64,000 bases of DNA, from contig OX597815.1 of the NCBI GenBank assembly GCA_951406725.2, positions 67,022,001 to 67,086,000 on the forward strand. Reading direction: 5' to 3'. The stretch comes from Octopus vulgaris. Its lineage: Eukaryota. Position numbers and translations under genes: made by a program. The notes beneath the pieces were generated by a model that did no database searches, was not told the DNA's origin, and saw only the letters and a program-made list of their open reading frames with translations. This document shows positions 25,255 through 39,180 of the stretch, piece after piece (the first letter of the stretch is position 1; every line of letters starts with the position of its first letter).

Positions 25255-25550
25255 TAATGAGTGTACTTCAATTATGGTACAACATTCCCCTCATTCATGT
25301 CGATATAGTCGATGGTTGCCTCTTCCCTGTGTCGATCTATAGCGTAGAAGAACTCATCAAGATTATGTATATCTCCCAATGGTGACGTGAAAACACTTTG
25401 GAATTGTTTATTTGATATTTCACTTATCCTTTTGGGGGTCCACAACCAGTTAGCCATTTACCTCAAATGGTGGCCCTATCTTGTAACGCACCGAGGCAGA
25501 TTATTTTGGTCAGTTCATCGCATTTTTTTTGCTTAGTATCTTTGTTAAGA
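25255..25550 (-). mobile_element. Old CR1-group LINE fragment
   Basis: RISEISNKQFQSVFTSPLG...TIDYID matches GISEILKEQYKSVFTSPLG...TIDHID of the young LINE. Confidence 0.7.
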
Positions 25551-26345
25551 CAAACATAAAATAATACAGTAGAAAGAGCTGAACTCCGTTTATGTGAAAA
25601 GTTACTCATTAGACGACATCGGGAAATAAAAGAACGCTTTTTGCCATCTGTTCCAAACCAGCCAGTCATGCAGTTATGCAATCATGCAAGTATTCTTTCA
25701 ATTGATAAATTTGTGTTTTATTCAAAGCGTAGAAAATATATGATCTAAATGATCTTTTAAAGATTCCTTTAGAAACGTTTCTACTTCCCGTTCTACAGTT
25801 TCATCAACGCCAGTGAAGTTATGCACCGTTATATGATCTGATGTAACAGATTCACTTGACTTACTTGCCTTATGAACTGCATATCTTCAATGATCGTGTT
25901 TGGTTGAGAGATGATTTATTTCTAACATTGCAGAAGACTAGGTTGTAATTCCGTTAACACTCGTCATTTACATAGAAAAAGAAAGCCTTGTTAGAGTTTG
26001 CGTTTTTATATTTGTTTTGCAAGATTCTTGATGTGAACTCGTCTGTTGAAACATATTCTATTGCAACTCGGGTGAGTAATTATATCAATATCAAACACAC
26101 GCACTGGTTCTATTTCACTTTTTTATTTGTCAATTGGTTAACTATTTAACCAATTAACTAAACGATAGTTTGATTAATCGTTCGTTCAATCAAACAGTCA
26201 GCTAGGTTTGTCAAAGTCCTTTTGTCGCCTGCAGTGGAGAGACCTCGAGTAGAGAGGGTATGTCATTGATGAGGTTACGAAAACAAGTAAAGAATGCTGC
26301 GAGTAGTCATCAACAACGTGTCTCATCGTAAGGAAACAACTGATT

Positions 26346-26386
<41 letters not shown>

Positions 26387-28064
26387 AGGGAGAAAGAGAG
26401 ACAGGGAGAAAGAAAGAAAGAAAGAGAAAGAATAATATCAACAATAATAGTTTCATATTTCGACACAAGGCCAGCAGTTTTGTGGGGAGGGGTAAGTCAA
26501 TCTATCTCAGTACTTGACTGTTATCTTATTTATTGACTTCAACAAAGTCGGAATTTGAACTCAAAGAGCAAACAGCAACAACAATTACCCCAAAGCATTC
26601 TATCCGATTCTCCACCGACTCCTCTTTTTTCACTTACTACGATACTAAATTAGATTTAGTACGAAATTTTTTAATGTGCAAAAATGAAAAATCTATGCCT
26701 CTCATAAAAAAAAACCAATAAAATAAAGATGTTTAACTGTTTTTTTTAGTTTTTAATTAAATTAAAAAGGTTGAAAACGGTTTATTAAAATTTTGCTTGC
26801 ACATTTTCAATAGTTTGGAATTTATTACCATATTTTATTAGCAATTAATGAATATCAGCTGAATATATATGAGATTTTTAAAGGTTTGCTTTGTACTAAT
26901 TGACATCTAGCTCTTTATGTGTATGTATGTACGCTTATGTGTATGTGTGTGTGTGTGTGTGTGTGTATGTACATAAATATGTATGCATACATGTATGTAT
27001 GTGGTACCTATGTAGTATATATGTAGACATGTATGTATGTTTGTATACATACATTCACAGATACATACACACACATACATATTCTTGTATGTATGCATGA
27101 ATGTTTGTGTGTTTGTATCACTGTATACATATATGTAGGTGTGTACGTATATGTATATATGTATGTGCGTATATGCCAGTATGTATGTACTTATGCATGT
27201 ACGTATGTATGTATACATGTATTCATATATGTATTTACAGATGTATGCATGCATGATATCATACATTCATGCATGTATGATACACGCATTCATGCATACA
27301 TGAATGCACGTACACATTTATGTATATATGTATGTTTCTATGTATGCATATAGGTATGTATATCTTCATATATTTTTACACGTATGTATGCGTACATGTG
27401 TATATGCGTATGTGTGTTAAAAAAAGAAATAATGTATACGAATGAGTGGAAACCGGTGGGCGGGTAAATTAAAATGCATTGGAGTGCGTTTATGTGTGCG
27501 TGATGGTGCTTAGAGAAAAAATAGTGTTATAAGAGGTAAACGAACCGATTATTAATGCTAGGTGAGTGGAGGAGTTTAACGGAAAGGAAACTCTACAAAA
27601 CACCTCGTGCATAATAAAACTCGTACTCTTGGAAGATAAAATATGGAAATTGGTTCGCACCTAATGAAAGTATGTAATATAAATTTTTTGAGAAGCTATT
27701 TTCAACCAATTTTAGTTAAATTTAGCGCCAAAAGACAATAAAAAGGTATTTATTGCATGATATATTTTAAACTTTTATATGATACGTACAAATTTAAAAT
27801 TTCGTACATTCTCTCAAAATGTGAATTGTTTGATTTCAGTTTCATAAAAGAAGAAAAAAAAAACATCTGTCAAGTCACTCACAAGCGAGAGGATTTCTGT
27901 TTGTATCTCTGTCTGCCTGTCTCTATCTCCCTCTCTCCACTTCCACGCACACACACACAAACACACATTCACACAAATAAACACACGTACAGTTTATAAA
28001 ATATTTGAAACTCATAAGCCAATTGTTATTAAATAGTCTCATACTGATAACTATCCAGAAGTAG

Positions 28065-28172
28065 AGGTGGTAAGTAGCTTGCTAAAACCAACCACATGGT
28101 TCCGGGTTCAGTCCCACTGGGTGGTGCTCCAGCATGGCCACAGTCAAATGACTGAAACAAGTAAAAGAGTAA
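28065..28172 (+). mobile_element. Internally deleted mini-SINE (tRNA head fused directly to LINE-type tail)
   Basis: GGTTCCGGGTTCAGTCCCACTG joined directly to GGTGGTGCTCCAGCATGGCCACAGTCAAATGACTGAAACAAGTAAAAGAG. Confidence 0.8.
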
Positions 28173-28932
28173 TCATTGAACATGGTTAAATGGAAAAGTA
28201 TGGCTTGAGCTGTTTGCTACTCTCTCTCTCTCTGTCTCTGTCTCTGTCTCTGTCTCTCCCTCTCTTGCTGTCTGTCTTTCTCTGAAACCCTTCTCCCATT
28301 TTCATGTGATTCATGACAGCCTAAGGCGGAATCATTCTTTTTCGGACTGGTCACGATTTTCTGATTCCACCCCGTATCTATAGTCCTTTAGAACAGTTTT
28401 TCATTTCTCTTTCGCGTTACCCATTTTTGTTTTGTCTTGCATCCCTAAGGCTTTTATGTTGTTGTATATGTATTATTATCATTTTCATTGTTGCCTTCGT
28501 GTGGCCCTAAGCCTTTATTCTGTTTATTGTCTTGTCCCTCGTCCGTCTACTAACGGTATCGTCTCGAGCCCATCTCGTTTTGTTATATTTTGGTCCCATC
28601 CCCGGCAAGTTTCTTGCCGGTACCTCCAGAGTGGAAGCAATATTATCGATAATGACCGAAATTGCGCTCGACTCTCTGACCGATAACTGAAGATGAGTTG
28701 GTGACCTTCTGTGTTTTTCGTTCGGCTATGTATTTAGTGTATGTTCATATTTTTATTTACAACATGTTTTTTGAATTATATATATATATATATATAATTT
28801 TAATCCAAACGGGAAAACAAAAAAACAACAACAATGGAACAATTACAGTATTATTATTAATAGGCGCTCAGGAAATGGAAGCAGGAGGGCATGACGTTTC
28901 GAGCGGAGCTCTTCGTCGGAAACATAAAGAAG

Positions 28933-28973
<41 letters not shown>

Positions 28974-29531
28974 TATACACATACAGACATGTCATATTTT
29001 CCGTTTGATGTCTTTATTTAATCCTGAAATTATTTACGTAACGCACGCATTCATTAATTTTTTTACGCAATTACTTTTTTACCTATATATATATATATAT
29101 GAAGAATAAAAATGGAAAAATGCATTTAAGTTCAACACTTGTTTCTAAAGCAGTAAAAATTCAAATTACGAGTCTAATTATATCATGATATAATGATATA
29201 ATCTGCCTAGTCGTCTGGTACAAACCGTTTTGTATAAAATCGAATGTTGTATATTTACACGCACATAGATGTACGTAAGGTCATATATGTGTGTATATAT
29301 ACTCAGGAAAGTCAATGACTATCCGATATTGTGTACATATACATAATAAATTTGTGTATATGCTTAGTGGCATATTTTCGTTTCATTTAATGCAGCATGG
29401 AAGAAATAAGTAACCGTCATCTCAATAACTTCGAAGTTGATAGCATCAGGTCAATTGTGGAGGGCTGGTACAAGTAGCAACGCACTTATCATGCTGGACT
29501 GGAAGCCATGGGGCAGGGCAAACATATAGAA

Positions 29532-29835
29532 TAGTGGTTCTCAACCGGGGTTCATATGACCACTGATGGTCCATGTAAGACTTTTGGGGGCCCATGCAAG
29601 TAAAATAATAAACTGGGGATCAACAGTAGTATTCTAATTGTCTATGAAAAAATTTTGCTCTATTTATTACAAGAAACAGCTAGGTTTCTTTCCCTAACGT
29701 TTTACATAGTTTAACTTACACAAGTTATTGTCTGAAAAATAAAATAGGAATTTTGAAAGGAGCGCCTATAAAACTAGTTTTTACACATCGAATGACTTTG
29801 GAGGGGTCCATAGTAAAAATGGTTGAATACCACCG
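29532..29835. mobile_element. hAT (Charlie-type) MITE
   Basis: Ends TAGTGGTTCTCAACC / GGTTGAATACCACCG; near-perfect 8-bp TSD ATATAGAA / ATCTAGAA. Confidence 0.8.
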
Positions 29836-31328
29836 ATCTAGAATAATGTTTTATGACCTCGACATGCAGCAAATTAGATGGTTGAATGTAGTTTAGAGAT
29901 TCCTTCAGTCACTTTGGCTGTCCTCTACGTTCTCATATACAAGCAGTTGTCTTGACTTTATATCATCACTGGGAATAGTGTGTAAAAACGAGAGTCTGAT
30001 GTGTGCTCTGCTCTTTTTAGTTTTTTAAAAAAATCTTGCGCTTGTCTGACATGTGTCGCGTAAGTAAGTGTGTGTGTGGTATATAATTGTCAGATTTCCA
30101 ACTAAGAGCAAAATAGTGTTGTACTGGCCGAGATGTTCTGCACAACTGCAACAATGAAATACAAACGACTTCTATAGTCTCAGGTACACGGAAGATATAA
30201 ATATAGGTGGGAACAATCGCTGTCCATTTTCCCTTCTCCCATGTGACTGCATCCCTTGTTGAAATGCGGCATAATGAGTCAAGGTCTTTATTGATTACAG
30301 ATGGCTGAAACTTCTTTCAACCCACTGACGGTAGACCTTTTATTACATCAGTAAGGGAGGCCATCCCATATATGCGGCAGTGAAATACTGCCATTTCTTT
30401 CAGATATACAGAAGGTGTAGAATAAGGTACGAGATTATTGTTAGTAATAATAATAATCATGGTCTCCTACATTGATTTGTGGGTCAACCATATTCTTATT
30501 GCTAGAACTTCCGACATAAGCGCCTTTGTATTTTTTAACTTATTTATTCAATTCTGCACATGCACTCACTCCAAATACTTGCATATATACACATATGCGT
30601 ACACAAATATCTGCTGATGTTGAAATTCTAAAGAAGGAGCTTTGGATCTTGGTTAGAAGCACACTTTTTCAACCATTGGCAAGAAATCTGGAAGTAAAAC
30701 CAAATGATAATCTTCATACATACATGCATACATACATACATACATACATACATACATACATACATACATACATACATACATACATACATACATACATGCA
30801 TGCATACATACATACATACATACATACATACATACATACATACATACATACATACATGCATACATACATACATACATACATGCATATATACATACAGACA
30901 TACAAACATTCACGCATATATGAAGCTATGAATATTCTTTCTATTTTTCCATAAATATTAGTTATTAATAGTGTTTTTTTGTTCCTTGTGAGAACTGGCA
31001 TTGAACTTTTGGAGACATCGTATGTAAAGTATATTCTCTGTTTCTCAAAGAATGATTGAAATATCTGCATGATGTACAAGAATATTAAAATTAGATTCCT
31101 GCTAAGTTGATGTATTTAACCATAATGGTATACAGTTAAAGCAAATGCAACAATCTAAATTTAATAGACTTCTACGATAAGCAGGTATTTCAAACATACT
31201 TGAGACAACTTATTCATAATGAACACGGACCACCCCAAAGAGAAAATATACTACTAACGAGTGCTGTGTATGGAAATAAAGGAGAGAATAATGATAAATA
31301 TAGATAGACAGAGATAGCTAGCTTACGA

Positions 31329-31377
<49 letters not shown>

Positions 31378-31421
31378 AGAGAGAGAGAGAGTTAGAGAGA
31401 TAGAGAGAGATAGAGATAGAG

Positions 31422-31474
<53 letters not shown>

Positions 31475-31536
31475 TAGAGATAGAGAGAGATATATATAGA
31501 GAGTGAGAATTGAATTTCAAAAGAGCTAAAGGCGCA

Positions 31537-31647
<111 letters not shown>

Positions 31648-31912
31648 GGCGTTGCAAGCAGAGTTGGGTACAGAAACAATTGTAACTAATCATTAAAGAT
31701 GTGTCAAAGTATTTCTTTCTCTTATTACTTGGATTATATTTTACTTGTCGTCACACACACGCATACACAACGGTTTTACCGTTGCGAAACCAGGATTTTC
31801 TATACTTGAAGAATTTCGGTATTCGTCTGGAAATCCGACAGTGTTGATAGCCCAGAACTCGGGTCGAGCGCTTCTTTGGAAATACGCTATCTTTATACCC
31901 CACCAAGACCTC

Positions 31913-31992
<80 letters not shown>

Positions 31993-32179
31993 CAATTCAA
32001 ATAAACAATAAATTAAAAAAACAAACAAACAAACGAATAATAAAATCAACGGACAACAAGACGTGCACAAGGTGAAAAGAGACAGTTTCACGTTTCGAGC
32101 AAAGCTCTTCGTCGGAAAGGAGAAAGGGAAAAATCGAAAGAAGGAAAAGAAATCGCCAACAGCACACATAAACATACAT

Positions 32180-32807
<628 letters not shown>

Positions 32808-33292
32808 TTCTTAACGACGGACAGCAACGTATTGACAGTTTAACGGCTGGCGTAACATTTTGAACTTGATGTAAAAGAAAATTCGTAAACACCAAGTTTT
32901 GAAGTGATTCTTTCTCACGACAGTAGACACACCATGGCAAGCATTCAAAACTTCTTCATCATGGACGGCAACACATTGACGATTAAAAGGCTGGCGTAAA
33001 TTTTTTAGCTTGATGTAACAGAGAATTCCTAAACACTCGCTCCTTTAAATTTTAATCCCTTTCCAGCCCCATTTAGACCCCCTTTCACATTTTGGTTAAT
33101 ATAACCCGATTTCATTCGGGTCTACGGGGGCCACATTTTATAAGATGAGGAATTTTGTCCTAGAGGTGACACCTTTCATTTTAGGAAAAAAATAGTTCTC
33201 ATGCAAACTTGCCAGCACTTTTAACGTAGGTGTGCATATTTTCAGTTGAACCGACCGACCACATAATGCACACATTATATATATATATATAT

Positions 33293-33334
<42 letters not shown>

Positions 33335-33804
33335 ACGCATTATATATACAAATGTATACAAATTATATATATATATATGTATAAATTAAATTAGAGATAA
33401 AACCACTAATAGGCAAATCAAACAGTGAAAAACGAAAAACAAAAACATAAAAATAAAAATATAATATATAAAATATATAAAATATAAAATTGAAAAATTT
33501 AAATTATTTAAATTTAAAATAAAAATTATTAAATTATATTTATAATTTGTTTAAAAATATATATAACTATGAAAAAGTATTAAAAAGTTTAATATACATA
33601 AATACAGATGTATACGCTTTGTATATATACTGTACATTATATATACATATTTATATATAGAACACACACACACACATACATTATATATACATATTTATAT
33701 ATAGAACACACACACACACACACACATATAAATGAACGCAAGAAATATCTGATTCATAATATTTGTTCTCATCCTCGCGTGTTGTTGGTGGCGATGATAA
33801 TTCT

Positions 33805-34130
33805 CTCTATGAATGCAGACAGATACATAAAAGAACGCCGAAGTGATATGAAGGTAGGAAACAGAGTGAGTGAAAAAGTGCTGGGAAGAGAGGAAATAGC
33901 GAGAGTGAGTTGAGGAAGACAGATACATTAAAGAACGAGAGTGGACTTGTCAAAGTGGGTTTTTGTCTCTCTACGAATGCAGACAGATACATAAAAGAAC
34001 GCCGAAGTGATGGGAAGGTAGGAAACAGAGTGAGTGAAAAAGTGCTGTGAAGAGAGGAAATAGCGAGAGTGAGTTGAGGAAGACAGATACATTAAAGAAC
34101 GGGAGTGGACTTGTCAAAGTGGATTTTTGG
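33805..34130. repeat. Tandem duplication, about 165-bp unit x2
   Basis: CTCTAYGAATGCAGACAGATACATAAAAGAACGCCG...GGACTTGTCAAAGTGG occurs twice. Confidence 0.85.
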
Positions 34131-34598
34131 CCCTAGCAACGACACCTTTTAAGATAGGGATTTCTAAGGTAGCCCACGGGCATCGTCACCTCATTTTACA
34201 TGTCCCTGTAAATTTTGGAGTGAATCGGGCGGGATGTAGTGGCCTTGAAAGCGATCCAAGCGGTAAAAACGCATTTCAGTTTTATAAGGGATTATAATAA
34301 GAGATATATATATACATGCATGTATATATGTCTATATATCTATCTATGACTATATATATATATATATGTGTGTATGTATGTATGTATGTATGTATGTATG
34401 TATGTATGTATGTATGTATGTATGTATGTATGTATGTATGTATAAGAAATTTGAAAAGCTAAACGCGAAACCGGTCATTCCTTCTAAATTATGTCATTGT
34501 AAGAAAAAAATTTATAATATTCTTCAGACATATTGTCTCAAATATATATTTTTTAACCTTTTAAAACAAGCCTTCTGTAGTTTTTTCACTTTTTACTA

Positions 34599-34707
<109 letters not shown>

Positions 34708-35804
34708 GAGAGAGTGAAAAACCATGTTGCTATGTGAAAATATTTGTCCTCAACCATCTGGAGTGCTGCTCACAACGATGTTCACCAAATAGTTTTAAGC
34801 TACCAGCAGATCTAGAAACAATCCAACGATGTCTCACGAAGATCGAATCAGTGCCAAAGCTAAGCTACTGGAAGAGGTTGGACGTACTAAAAACTTTTTG
34901 ACGGGAAGATGGGTGAAGATATGCTATGATTTATAGGTTGAAGATCCTTGAAGTACTCGTAATCCTCGATTGTCACTACGAATTAATCCTCGAGCTGGTT
35001 GTACTGCTTTGTCCCAAAGATTCTGCCTTCCTTATCACAAATCAAAGCTACATACTGCAGCAGCCTAAAGTTCAAAAGCCCACAGCTTTTTAATATTTTG
35101 CTAAAGAAACTGTGAAATCTACATGTGGAGAAAGATGAATTCAGAAAGCACTTTGATACTCGATTATCTGCAATTCCAGACAAACCAACGTCGTAGAGAG
35201 CAACGGCATCACACTTCGTCATTCACCAAAGTTAGGTACTAGGGTAACAATACTTACTGTGTAAGTGGTGTTGCTTCACCATGTTAAAGGAGAAGAAAAA
35301 GTAAAAAAAAAAATGGTTGTGTGGTTAAGGAGGTCGCGTTTCAGACATGAGGTTTCGGGTTCTCTCCCACTCCACCTTGATCTATTGGCTTCTACTATAT
35401 CCCCAGGCTAACTGAGGCCTTGTGTGTGAATGAATTTGGCAGAATAAAACTGTGTGAAATTTGTCAACAACACGTAGTTGTTTATTTAGCTATTTAGCGT
35501 CTAAATTTGTGGATAAATTTGCCAGCGAGCAGTTTAGCTTAACGGTAAAGCACTCTGCCGGAGTCTTGAGGATGTGGCTTCGAGTCCCATGGCTGTTTGT
35601 TGACAAATTTTTCTGCTTTGTAAGGCTAATTTACCCAGTATTTCTGCTCTTCTAACGGCAATTCTGCGTTCGAAACAATATCATCTTATTTGTATCGTGC
35701 AACACAAATTTCGATGTTTATAAAAAATAAATGCTAGTTTGTTTATATTTATATACATTATATGTGTGTGTGTGTGTATACATAATACATACATACATAC
35801 GTAT

Positions 35805-36757
35805 TCTTCTCTTCTTAATCCTTTTTGCTCCTTGTAGAGCATAGAGCCTCAACAGTTGTTTTCCACTCTTTGCGGTCACTGGCGTGTTTCTTGGCTGCTT
35901 CCCATGTCAGGCCGGTGGTCCCAAGCTCGTCCAAAATGCTTCGCTTCCATGTCTACTTCGGGCGTCCTCACCTCCTTTTCCCCGGCGGGTTCCAGTCAAG
36001 TGCTTGTCGTGTCACATTTGAGGGTTCTTTCCGCAGTGTGTGGCCGATTCATCTCCATTTCCTTCGTCTAATCTGAACATGTATGGGCTCCTGGTTGCCC
36101 TTTCCCACAGGTCGGTGTTTGGCACTCTGTCGAACCACTTCAGATGGAGGATCAACCGGAGACATTTGTTGAGGAAGTTCTGGATCTTCTTGTAGCAGTT
36201 GCTGCAGGTGGCTCTCCATGTTTCAGAGCCATACAAAAGCACAGATTTTACGTTTGACCTAAATAAGCGGAGTTTAGTTCGAGTTGAGATGGCAGTGGAC
36301 TTCCATACCGACCGAAGAATAGCGAAGGCTTGCCAAGTCTTCTTACTTCTTGCCGTGATGTCCTCGTCTGATCCACCTGATTTGCTGATCTTGCTGCCAA
36401 GATAGACAAACTCACTAACGTCCTCCACAGGTTCCCCCTCGATTGCGATTGGCTCTTCCTGCTTGTTGTTGATACGCAGCACTTTTGTCTTTTCCCGGCT
36501 GATCTTCAAGCCCACTCGCCTTGAAGTTTCTGTCAGGTGGTCTACCTTATCTTGCATGTCTTGCAGGCGATGTGACAGTGGAGCGACGCTCAGATTCATC
36601 GTGGAATGGCAAACGTCACTCTATGTATGCTTCGTCGACTTTGAAAAAAGCATTTGACAGCGTAGGCAGGCAGACAATCTGGGACATCTTACGACACCAG
36701 AGAAGATCGTTGGCATTATTCGATTACTCTACGAGGAGTTTTCTTGCCAGGTCATCC
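35805..36757 (-). mobile_element. RTE-clade LINE remnant with inverted 5' segment
   Basis: Minus strand: LSHRLQDMQDK...GLKISREKTKV...FVYLGS...SVLLYGSETW and an (AAG)-like tail. Plus strand at about 36580-36757: WQTSLYVCFVDFEK/AFDSV. Confidence 0.85.
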
Positions 36758-36783
36758 ATCCATCCATCCATCCATCCATCCAT

Positions 36784-36839
<56 letters not shown>

Positions 36840-36925
36840 AAAGTTTACGAAAATAAACAAAAGACGAAGGCAGGTGGAGTACAAACAAACAAATGTATTA
36901 GTATAGCGCTCAGGAATAGAAAAAG

Positions 36926-36963
36926 TCTTTTACGTTTCGAGCCTACGCTCTTCGACAGAAAGA
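36926..36963 (-). ncRNA. Minimal hammerhead variant in a Penelope pLTR-like repeat
   Basis: UCUUU-CUGUCGA-A-GAGC GUAG GCUC-GAA-ACGU-A-AAAGA. Family members at 18824-18861 (-), 50027-50065 (+), 28890-28925 (-) and 32086-32120 (-). Confidence 0.65.
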
Positions 36964-37113
36964 TACACAGAAAAAAACAAGGAGAGAAATAAATGTGTGT
37001 AGTCTTGAAAATTGACCGTTATTTGTAAAGGACCAATCAAACAAGTCCATTTTTTAAAGGTGTAGCGTTTATACTAGTCTGGATAGAATTGACATATCGG
37101 TTCTATTCTAGCA

Positions 37114-37160
37114 AAAACTGTCCGATGAACGGCAACGTGAAACTCAGAGTAACAGGTTTT
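37114..37160 (+). ncRNA. Type I hammerhead ribozyme (U4C core variant)
   Basis: AAAACUGU-CCGAUGA-ACG GCAA CGU-GAA-ACUC A GAGU-A-ACAGGUUUU; followed by AATAAA and a T-rich tract, then (TA)n. Confidence 0.78.
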
Positions 37161-37258
37161 GTTGAATTTTCTGCTGCTTTAAATAAAGCATATTACTCTA
37201 CCACTGGTATTTGAGTACTCTTTTTTTCCACCTTGTTTCACATTTATGTGTTTACTCC

Positions 37259-37319
<61 letters not shown>

Positions 37320-38446
37320 ACGTATATATAATCTTTTACTAGTTTCAGTTACTGGATTGCAGTCATGCTGGGCCACTGCCCAGTATTTATTTCAAAGTTT
37401 GATACTTATTTAACCTTTTTTAAAATTTTTCTGTCGAAGCGCTATAAATGGGTTCGTAAAGCAACCAACACCGGTTGTCAAGTGGTGACGTGGGGACAAG
37501 AACAAGCACATAAATACGCGCGCGCGTACACACACGCACACACGCACAAACACACAGACACAGACACACAGACACAGATACACACACACACACACACACA
37601 CACATACACACACGCATACACATTTAGTTCTAAAGTACTGCGCAGCGGATCCGAACCACGAGCCACTTGGTTGCATATCGGACTTGCTATTCACACAATA
37701 ATGCCAGTCCCAATCATCCATTTCTCGACAGAGAGATGGATGGGATGGGTGGCAATGATGAATATCAATTTGAAAATTGTTCCATGACTCAATGAAGTTG
37801 TCTAAATTGTAATGCGCGAAAATAGGCTGTTTGATTCACTCGTGATTAAGTTCAATTTAACGCTGATCAGCCTATCACCTCAGTGACCGGAGTTAGGAAT
37901 GCGAGCTAAGTGTGTCGTGTTAGGATGTCAACTAGTGTGACCTCACTTTATATCTCCGTGGCATCAGATAAAGATGTTAATGGTGTCAACAACTATAGTG
38001 ATAAAGAGAGTTGACAGGTGGTGACCTTTGGTAGAGGAGATTAGATCAGAGAAGATGAGAGAGATGAGGGAGAGAGGGAGAGAGAAAAGGAGAAATGATG
38101 ATGAGATAGAGAAAGAGAAGAGGAGAGGGAGGGGAATAGAGTAGGAGAGAGAGAGAAAGGGAAAGAGAGAAAGAGAAAGAGAAAGAGAGAAAGAGAGAAG
38201 GAGAAAGAGATTTGTGTTTGAAATATGTTAGTGACATCAGAGAAATAACGAATATCGATTAGGCGATCGGTTTTATACCATTTGATCACCGTGTATCTTT
38301 GCATCCAAGTTTGTTTCATAGAACACGTGATTCTTCGTCTCTTCACGTATTCCCATATCACACACATACACACACATACGCACACAAACAAACACTGACT
38401 CACACACGCACACACATACACATGCATACACACAGACACACAAGCG

Positions 38447-38481
<35 letters not shown>

Positions 38482-38782
38482 CCAAAGAGGACATGGGTTT
38501 CATATTTCCTCAAGTAAGTGAATAAAAGAATAAATAATTTTTTCTAACAGTGGATCTCGAAGCACATAAAGCTATAAATAAGTAACTATTGGGTTGGAAA
38601 TCCCATACGGATAGAAAAAGTCGAAGGCTGCCTGTGGAACATTTTCTATTCAAAAGGAGTTTTTCATCCAATATTTACATACTATTATGTATAGCTTTAT
38701 GTGCTTCGAGATCAATTATTCAAAGAAAAAAATTCACGTTCTCACGAAAATTTACTAAAATTCTTATGATTTATCTTTCATC

Positions 38783-39180
38783 TTTTACTTTTTACTTGTT
38801 TCAGTCATTAGACTGCGGCCATGTTGGGGCACCACCTTGAAGAATTTTTAGTTGAATGAATCAACCCCAGTATTTAATAATTTTTACTAAGCCTGGTACT
38901 TATTCTAGCGGGCTATTTTGTCGAACCGTTAAGTTATGGGACATAAACACACCAACACCAGTTGTCAGGCGGTGGTGGGGGACAAACACGGGCACAAAGA
39001 CATACAGACACACACACACACGCACACATATATATGTATACATATACATATATATATATGACGGGCTTCTTTCAGTTTCCATTTACCAAATCACCCCACA
39101 CGACTTTGGTTAGCCCGAGGCTATAGCAAAAGATAATTGCCCAAAGTACCATGCAGTGGGGATTGAACCCGAAACCATGA
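38783..39180 (-). mobile_element. tRNA-derived SINE (dominant family)
   Basis: Reverse complement of the family sequence. Further full or partial copies at about 205-350, 3047-3198, 4620-5400, 7155-7310, 10410-10560, 14675-14832, 35315-35465, 37335-37710, 39345-39590, 42510-42675, 46140-46480, 53395-53615, 60318-60575 and 63165-63470. Confidence 0.8.

Noticed and set aside
31793-31836. Minus-strand CAGACGA-ATACC-GAAAT...GTA hammerhead-like motif
   Set aside because: U4A core and no stem II; too weak without family alignment.
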